Assembly: GCA_050178385.1 (NCBI GenBank)
Contig: JBFXGD010000123.1
Span: forward strand, 1 to 10,488
Source of the DNA: Calditrichaceae bacterium
Lineage (GTDB): Bacteria; Calditrichota; Calditrichia; Calditrichales; JBFXGD01
Reading direction: 5' to 3'
Length of the DNA stretch: 10,488 nt
The translations under genes were made by a program, and so were the position numbers. Within the stretch, counting starts at the first letter, position 1; each line of letters starts with the position of its first letter. Below are positions 1 through 5,934 of this stretch, piece after piece. The notes under the pieces were generated by a model. That model saw nothing but the letters and a program-made list of their open reading frames with translations. It was not told the DNA's origin and ran no database searches.

Positions 1-300
1 TTTAATCATAGACTATACATCCTATTTAAACATTTATATTGTTATCTTTCTAAATTTCATCGAAGAAATCTTTTCATTGAAACATTTTTTCGTACCGTCG
101 AATATTTTCCGATGTTAAGGTGGTTTTTTAAACTGTATTTCGTTAGAAATGAACATGTTCATAAATTTTATTCTCAGTGAAGTTACACAGCGTTTTTTTA
201 TGCTTTAACTAATTTTTATTTATGTATTTGAACGAATTCTTCAGAAGAAACAGTAGTTTAAGTATCTAAAAACATGATTTCGACTATTCAATTTTTATGA

Positions 301-317
301 TGCATTTTCCGTGCCAA
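301..317 (-). promoter_or_regulatory. sigma54 (RpoN) -24/-12 promoter element, transcribing leftwards (predicted TSS ~290)
   Basis: Minus strand 317->301 reads TTGGCACGGAAAATGCA. GG (315-314) and GC (303-302) are separated by exactly 10 nt, matching the consensus TGGCACG-N4-TTGCW with one mismatch. Upstream IHF-like and UAS-like sites support the call. Confidence 0.75.
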
Positions 318-346
318 AAATATTTTACAAGGCTTATTTTGTTTAT

Positions 347-359
347 AAACAATAAATTA
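347..359 (+). promoter_or_regulatory. IHF-like binding site between the sigma54 promoter and the upstream repeats
   Basis: AAACAATAAATTA versus IHF consensus WATCAANNNNTTR (1 mismatch), preceded by an A/T tract. It lies about -57 to -69 from the predicted TSS and overlaps the perfect palindrome TTGTTTATAAACAA (339-352). Short motif in AT-rich DNA, so a chance match is possible. Confidence 0.4.
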
Positions 360-392
360 TGCTCTAATACAGAAATAAAGTTCATTCATTCC

Positions 393-456
393 AATGTGAA
401 CGATCGTTCTCATTTTGTGACCGATACATCACATTTTGTGAACTATCGGTCACATT
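393..456. repeat. three tandem palindromic 18-bp boxes at a 21-bp period (TGTGA-N8-TCWCA); putative enhancer (UAS) for a sigma54 activator
   Basis: 395-412 TGTGAACGATCGTTCTCA, 416-433 TGTGACCGATACATCACA and 437-454 TGTGAACTATCGGTCACA, separated by TTT. Box 2 matches the reverse complement of box 3 at 16/18 positions. The repeat is seen directly; the UAS role is inferred from position (about -105 to -164). Confidence 0.8.
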
Positions 457-477
457 CTGCTGCTCTTTTCCGCATAC

Positions 478-849
478 CTACTTTGCCAGCAGCATCTTTT
501 TGATAAATCTTTTTTCACCGGATATCAGTTCATAGATATAAATACCGCTGGCCACACGGGCGCCGGCCTGATTAAGGCCATTCCATTGAGCTTCATGATA
601 ACCTTCAGACAGATAACCATCCACCAGAGTCGCCACCTTTGCTCCGGTGATGGAATAGATGACAAGTTTCACATTGGCTGCTTCGGGTAAACCGAATCGG
701 ATGGTGGTGACCGGGTTAAACGGGTTGGGATAGTTCCCCTGAAGTAAAAATTCCACCGGTACGGCGCTGATAGCCATTTCTTCATTTTGCTTTGAGCGGT
801 AAGTTTTTCTGCCTCCCAGCCTTTTGGAATTGTAGGCTGAATTTAGCAC
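478..849 (-). CDS. stand-alone T9SS type-A-like C-terminal sorting domain (FlgD-Ig-like) protein, 123 aa, no signal peptide; possibly the remnant of a truncated larger gene
   Basis: Contains LQGNYPNPFNPVTTIRF...VKLVIYSITGAKVATLV...QWNG...ASGIYIYEL...KKMLLAK, the typical CTD signature and paralogous to the C-terminus of the 1108-aa protein. The GTG start overlaps the upstream TAG by 1 nt, and TAAGGA (861-856) lies 6 nt upstream. The start is uncertain (alternative ATG at MAISAVP). Confidence 0.75.
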   Translation of the reverse strand: MLNSAYNSKRLGGRKTYRSKQNEEMAISAVPVEFLLQGNYPNPFNPVTTIRFGLPEAANVKLVIYSITGAKVATLVDGYLSEGYHEAQWNGLNQAGARVASGIYIYELISGEKRFIKKMLLAK

Positions 850-1730
850 TATGAATCCTTATTTTTTAATCTTAATGATATATGCTTCTCCTTCAATTCT
901 TCCCATTCATCATGAGTAATCTTTTTCCTTTGAGTAAGACGATATTCCATAGATGGTATGACAGAATATTGCTCGTTTTTGTTGATATATTTCACCATAT
1001 ATCTGCTGTCATCTTCGCTTGTTAACCAGATATATATATCCTTGGGACTACGAATCAGCTTCATAAAAAAACTAACCTGTGGAAGAACATTAAATTTATA
1101 GCACAATACTTTTGCGTCCGGCCCATCCACTTCTTCCTTGCCTTCATATTTGATATCAAAATCCACATTATAACTGCCGTTAAGGCTATTTACAGTAATT
1201 TTTTCTTTTTCAAAGGGATAAAATCGCAAGGCAAACCATAGCGGCATCAAATCTGTGTATTGGTAAAAATAGGTTGGAACACTTTCAAATTTCTTTGTAC
1301 TATTAAAATCCGAAAGTCCTTTTTTTGTTCTCCCAATTGTTTTGCTCTTTAATATTTTATTTTGATAATCAATACTTAAATGTCTTGCACCTAAATATCC
1401 TATTTTTATGTCATTTATATCCCCTGTATACTCATAATCTTCCTTCTCAAGCATCATATAGTACCAATTCATTTTATATTTATAAATGTCGGGTAACTCC
1501 AGTGTATCCTCCAGAGAAACAGACATAACTTCTATATCACCTAATGTTTTTATATAAAGATATTTTTTAGCGCTTAATTTAAAATCTTCTTTATCCTTTG
1601 AATAGTCATAAACATATAATGAGCCCATATCAACTCTGTCTTTATCGAATTTTTCGAAGGGAATTGTTTGTGAGAAAATTTCGCTGACCGAACATAAAAC
1701 AATGATACACATAACGATTAATCTTTTCAT
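849..1730 (-). CDS. exported hypothetical protein, DUF3108-like, 293 aa, low GC
   Basis: Open 293-codon frame with AGGAGG SD (1745-1740) and an N-terminal signal-peptide-like segment (MKRLIVMCIIVLCSVSEIFSQ). The C-terminal pattern D..PLWFALR...YEGKEEVDGPDAKVLCYKF...IYIWLTSEDDSRYMVK resembles DUF3108-type proteins by eye. The CDS is secure; the family call is tentative. Confidence 0.7.
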   Translation of the reverse strand: MKRLIVMCIIVLCSVSEIFSQTIPFEKFDKDRVDMGSLYVYDYSKDKEDFKLSAKKYLYIKTLGDIEVMSVSLEDTLELPDIYKYKMNWYYMMLEKEDYEYTGDINDIKIGYLGARHLSIDYQNKILKSKTIGRTKKGLSDFNSTKKFESVPTYFYQYTDLMPLWFALRFYPFEKEKITVNSLNGSYNVDFDIKYEGKEEVDGPDAKVLCYKFNVLPQVSFFMKLIRSPKDIYIWLTSEDDSRYMVKYINKNEQYSVIPSMEYRLTQRKKITHDEWEELKEKHISLRLKNKDS

Positions 1731-1739
1731 TCTTCAAAT

Positions 1740-1745
1740 CCTCCT
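1740..1745 (-). promoter_or_regulatory. Shine-Dalgarno site of the 293-aa gene
   Basis: AGGAGG on the minus strand, 9 nt upstream of the ATG at 1730. Confidence 0.8.
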
Positions 1746-2414
1746 GTTTCTTTTGTTCTTTATAAATGATATAGATAATGACCGGCGGAGCGATTCCCGG
1801 GTTTTACAGGTTGAAGACGAATAAGCATAATTTAGTAATTCGGGTATTTATTTCCCGGACAAGTGAACTTTATCCCTGCTAGATATATAAAAGCTTTTTT
1901 TAGTTCCAAGAGATGTAAAATTGATGATAAAATATCCATATTTGTGACCATTTACTAGCTAACCAACATTTATTACGTCCCTTAACATCCTAATATCATT
2001 GCAAAATTATCAACTTATCGGAAAATTTTATTAGATATTCTTTTTAAATATGTTTGAGAAACTTGTACGTAATGAAGATAGGACTTACATGTAACCATTG
2101 TAAAGAAAAATAATATTTCTACTGTTTTTTTGCATAAACTCCGTACGGGAATTCATCTATTTTAAATAGGTTTTGTTTTCGGGTAATCCGTTTATTTATG
2201 CCTTACAATATCTCTGTTGATGATTTGTACCGGGAAACGATCGAAAAATGATCGCCGGAATTGATGAATCCACTGTAAAAAACGTTCCAAACCACGTAGA
2301 ACTCATTCCCGGGTGGTAGAACTATCATAATATTGGATTGATCAATGGCGCGGGGATTGGATATTGTGGTCTGCTAGTGATATCCCGTGTTTTCTTCTGC
2401 AGAGAAATATTTCC

Positions 2415-5400
2415 TTACTTCAGGAAAATCATTTTCCGGATTTGTATAAAGTCCCCTGCCGAGAAACGGTAAAAGTAAACACCTGACGCGCTTTCCCGTC
2501 CCAGATGATCAATGCCGTTCCATTGGATTTCATATTGCCCCGCGTTCTGTTTCTGATTTACAAGCGTGCGGATTTTACGGCCGAGAACATCAAATATCTC
2601 TAGCTTTACCTTTGTCTTTTGGGGTATTTTATACCGGATGGTAGTGACCGGATTAAAGGGATTGGGATAGTTTTGATCCAATCGGTAAGAAACAGGAATT
2701 TGGGCAGGTAAATTATTGATCGCTACCGGAATATCACCATCGGTCAACAGATAATCCACCGCGTTTCCGATTAACCCGGCGGCGATCTGTTCATCGGCAA
2801 CCGCCGCCAGATTAAACGCCATATAGATGATCTGCGCGGAGGTACTGTCCGTATCATCATCAAAAATGATTAATCCCGCGTAATTCTGAAACCATGCTTT
2901 GTAAATTATGTACGCGTCTGATGCCGGGCGCATGGCGTCCTGATCATACCATCCCGAGTTGAGTTCGTCATACATCATGCTTATGGAATCGGGAAGCGCG
3001 TCCGGGAATGTGACAACGGGATGATTTTTAAACCCTTCTGAAAGCACAAGAGGGTCTGTCGGATCATTCATCCACTCTGCCGTATGCAATACATTCGCGG
3101 CGAAATCAGGATAATCCGGCGCTGTGTTTTCACCGTGAACCACATAACCCACTTCCCCGCCTTCAATTATCAATTTATGAGTACTATTCTGCACCCATCC
3201 TTCCAGTTTGCTTCTGTAATCCGGATTCGCCACCGGATCCCCGTTTGCTCCGCTGGAAGAAATAATCAGATCATAGGAGGAAAAATCAATGCCTATAGTC
3301 GTTTCAACATCCGCCTTTTCAACCAAATATCCTGAGGCCGCGAGCCAATCATTCATGGAATTCGCTGATTTTCCGTATGAATCTTTCTCACGAACAATTG
3401 CGCCTTTTTCTGAAACCACTTTCTGAGAGACGGGATCATCATCGATCACCAGAATCCTTCCTCTGCTTTCCACCAGTTCAAATGAATGATAACCTGTATC
3501 GGGAGAGAAAGATTCATTCTTCGCCGAGGCCTGATCCCTGGCGATGATCCGGTAAAAAATGCTGTCCCCCAGATTAACCGCCATTGTATCGAGAGGAAAA
3601 GGAGATTCATACAGATTGCCACCGGAAGGCAACAATGGAAACTGATCGCCCACCGACGAATCATTTACATAATAAGCGCAAAGAACGGAATCAACACCCA
3701 GGTTATCCGATACTTCGGCTGACACCACAGCGGGCCAGGTTATCATAGGCTGATTGTATAACGCTTTATGAACAATCACCGGCGGTGTCAGATCTGTACC
3801 CGTGCGAAAGGAGTAGAAATTATCCGGCGCGTTTTCAGGATTGTATGAAATCCAACCCGCGGTATCCGCCGCCTCGATATAATATCGTATTTCGACGCTT
3901 TGAGACAGACCCGGGATCGATGCGCTGAATTCATTTATGTTCCAGGTCGGAGTCATGACCAGAGTGTCCGTCAATCCTCCGTACCCGCAAATCACCCGAA
4001 TCCGGGTGGAATCGAGACCATACAGTTTCTGATTGATTTCCGCTGTGATATTATAGGGACCTTCTTCATTTTCTGTATCCTTGTGCGGTGTATGAACAAT
4101 TTCAGGAAAATAATCATCGCTGTTTATCAGACCGTGAAATTCAAAATGATCGAGGATTACGGGCAGGTGTGAACCGTTAAACAGTAACTGATCGGACTGA
4201 ATAAAGGCCTGCGCGGCATCCTGCATCCCGGGAGAAATACCCCAAAGAAAATGTGTCTGCAAAAACAGCGCGTCGGTGACATCCCTGCCAAGATCCCACC
4301 AGATTTTCATCAGCGCCGACGACCAGATCTGCCCTCCATCATGTTCGGGAACATAATCTTCGGGATAACGCAAATCGGTATCACAGCGTCTCCCTCTCCA
4401 AATCTGTCCGTTTCCGCTGTCCCAGTTAAAAACCATTCCCCAGTTATATTCATTAACCGTCCGTGAATGCGAGGCCGCCCAGTAATCTGATGCTCCTTCC
4501 TGAAGCGACATAGTCTCGCCGGTGTAGCTCATATCCGAGGGGCCAAAATTTGTCTGAAAAGAATGCGCGTGTTCATGCCAGATCACATCAGCGTCTTCCG
4601 CATCGTCGATTCCGCCTTCACCAAAAGCGACATAATTTTGGGAGGGGATATAATGTGAATTATCATCACCGTATAAACCGTGCGGATCCACTTTAAAACT
4701 ATCCTGTTCAGGGATTTCAAATCCAAGTTCTACCAACCGTCTGGTGGATGCGTCGATATGATAATAAACCATCACCGCTTCGAACGCCTGCTGATTTCGG
4801 GTAAAATTAAAGGCTGAAGAATCCGGAAGCTCCGGAAACACATCCACTGGATTTTCAAAATCTTTTAAAACCGCATACGGTCCTTTTAATTTATAAAGCC
4901 CGTTCTCATAGGTTAAATCTTTCAGAACAACCTGCACCCGTTGGTTATCCAGATCTAAATTCGTGGAGTCCAGATTATCGGCGAAATTCCCTCCATAACC
5001 AATATTGGCCGTTGTGATCGGATCGGGGTCCCAGATCATTCCTTGGCCATCAGCCGCGCTTCCGTACATCACCCTGTTTTTTACATGGATAATCCGGCCG
5101 TCTTCCGCGTTGACAAACACATCCCAATCCCCAAACGGCTCCGTTACCGGAAGGCTTACTCTCCATGACAGTTCCGCGCCGCGGTCCGAGCTTTCGAATA
5201 TCATCAAACGCGCCGATTCCGGACCGAGTGATATACCGGTCACCTTTAGATATTCTCTGGCTAATTCAATTGCCCGCGCCTGAGTTATGGACGCGATCTT
5301 GTTTTTTATAGATATTTGTGGCCTGTAGCTACTGGAAAGAAATGAAACTCTGTTTGATTTATTGATCGTCACAACAAGTTCTGATTGAAAAACGGGGATA

Positions 5401-5741
5401 CCGGCCGCCTGCTGGCGAAAAATAACATGCGTTCCCCCGGGAGATTTGTTTGTTTTGAGCCATTGTATTGATTTTAGATCATCGTCAATTCCGAGCGCGC
5501 TGGCTTTTGCTTGAAGATATTCACGGGCGGCGTTTTGCGGATTTGTTGATACGGGAAGAAAATTTTCTTTGTAAATATATCGGACCGCGCCTGTTACCGC
5601 ATCAACTTTTATATCCCCGGATTGCAGAGTGGAATTTCTTTTCAGATTATCTTTTTCGGCATATTGCCGCGCGCTCTGATTACCGGCGTTTAACATGCCG
5701 CACGCCAGAAAAAATAAAATGATAAACCAATATTTTTTCAT
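2415..5741 (-). CDS. secreted zinc metalloprotease, M36 (fungalysin)/M4-like, with FTP + PepSY propeptide, two Ig-like repeats, a class I GATase-like domain and a T9SS-type CTD, 1108 aa
   Basis: Signal peptide MKKYWFIILFFLACGMLNA; FTP motif THVIFRQQAAGIPVFQSELVVTIN; PepSY-like ITQARAIELA...LSWRV...WDVFVNAEDGRII; HEXXH as HEHAH (4577-4563, H389); third ligand E415 in LQEGASDYWA; PEHDGGQIWS motif; C-terminal LDQNYPNPFNP...SASGVYFYR...RKMIFLK. Confidence 0.92.
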   Translation of the reverse strand: MKKYWFIILFFLACGMLNAGNQSARQYAEKDNLKRNSTLQSGDIKVDAVTGAVRYIYKENFLPVSTNPQNAAREYLQAKASALGIDDDLKSIQWLKTNKSPGGTHVIFRQQAAGIPVFQSELVVTINKSNRVSFLSSSYRPQISIKNKIASITQARAIELAREYLKVTGISLGPESARLMIFESSDRGAELSWRVSLPVTEPFGDWDVFVNAEDGRIIHVKNRVMYGSAADGQGMIWDPDPITTANIGYGGNFADNLDSTNLDLDNQRVQVVLKDLTYENGLYKLKGPYAVLKDFENPVDVFPELPDSSAFNFTRNQQAFEAVMVYYHIDASTRRLVELGFEIPEQDSFKVDPHGLYGDDNSHYIPSQNYVAFGEGGIDDAEDADVIWHEHAHSFQTNFGPSDMSYTGETMSLQEGASDYWAASHSRTVNEYNWGMVFNWDSGNGQIWRGRRCDTDLRYPEDYVPEHDGGQIWSSALMKIWWDLGRDVTDALFLQTHFLWGISPGMQDAAQAFIQSDQLLFNGSHLPVILDHFEFHGLINSDDYFPEIVHTPHKDTENEEGPYNITAEINQKLYGLDSTRIRVICGYGGLTDTLVMTPTWNINEFSASIPGLSQSVEIRYYIEAADTAGWISYNPENAPDNFYSFRTGTDLTPPVIVHKALYNQPMITWPAVVSAEVSDNLGVDSVLCAYYVNDSSVGDQFPLLPSGGNLYESPFPLDTMAVNLGDSIFYRIIARDQASAKNESFSPDTGYHSFELVESRGRILVIDDDPVSQKVVSEKGAIVREKDSYGKSANSMNDWLAASGYLVEKADVETTIGIDFSSYDLIISSSGANGDPVANPDYRSKLEGWVQNSTHKLIIEGGEVGYVVHGENTAPDYPDFAANVLHTAEWMNDPTDPLVLSEGFKNHPVVTFPDALPDSISMMYDELNSGWYDQDAMRPASDAYIIYKAWFQNYAGLIIFDDDTDSTSAQIIYMAFNLAAVADEQIAAGLIGNAVDYLLTDGDIPVAINNLPAQIPVSYRLDQNYPNPFNPVTTIRYKIPQKTKVKLEIFDVLGRKIRTLVNQKQNAGQYEIQWNGIDHLGRESASGVYFYRFSAGDFIQIRKMIFLK

Positions 5742-5871
5742 TCATTCTTCCGGTTTTATTTCTGTTTTCCGAAAATACAAATCGGCATCTATTAAACAAA
5801 CTTGATTTGGCCTGTAAACAATCCGATCCGGCGCTGAATCTGTCTTTTGCCAATCCAATTAAGGCTTTGAT

Positions 5872-5914
5872 AAAAAAAACAATCATCCGGCAAAATTCAA
5901 TTTCACCGGATGAT
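5872..5914 (-). terminator. intrinsic terminator of the S9 peptidase gene
   Basis: Minus-strand RNA forms a 9-bp stem AUCAUCCGG/CCGGAUGAU, extended by U-G, G-U and 4 A-U pairs (the G-U pairs form only on this strand), followed by UG and U8. It begins 20 nt after the stop at 5935. Confidence 0.8.
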
Positions 5915-5934
5915 GCTTATACAATTTCTGCTCT

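Noticed and set aside
393..456. Mini CRISPR array, CRP/Rex sites, or a LexA box (GAAC-GATC-GTTC at 398-409)
   Set aside because: There are no spacers of CRISPR length and no cas genes. The spacer is N8 rather than the N6 of CRP/Rex. A perfect GAAC-N4-GTTC occurs in only one of the three boxes and is explained by the larger palindrome.
297..503. 68-aa + strand ORF with a 7-aa repeat (SHFV...)
   Set aside because: The peptide repeat simply mirrors the 21-bp DNA palindromes. There is no SD, and the ORF overlaps the sigma54 element and the end of the CTD gene.
849..870. Programmed -1 frameshift at TTAAAAAAT, or stop read-through, fusing the 293-aa protein to the CTD ORF
   Set aside because: The -1 frame hits TAA at 861-859 right after the A6 run, and read-through of the TAG gives TGC TAA. 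Only three codons remain for a productive shift and they have no slippery motif.
1750..2197. Riboswitch, ncRNA or ECF promoter in the long spacer (e.g. minus-strand TAAAAC-N17-GGTCA near 1780-1807; palindrome TTACATGTAA at 2085-2094)
   Set aside because: No recognisable Rfam-type motif by eye, and the matches are short enough to arise by chance in AT-rich DNA. An Infernal scan would be needed.
2296..2323. Direct repeat GTAGAACT x2 at 20-bp spacing
   Set aside because: Only two 8-bp copies with no associated promoter; insufficient support.
698..2672. Diversity-generating retroelement TR/VR pair between the two CTD-coding segments
   Set aside because: High identity covers only ~38 nt, differences are synonymous third-position changes including a C/G, and there is no reverse transcriptase in the window.
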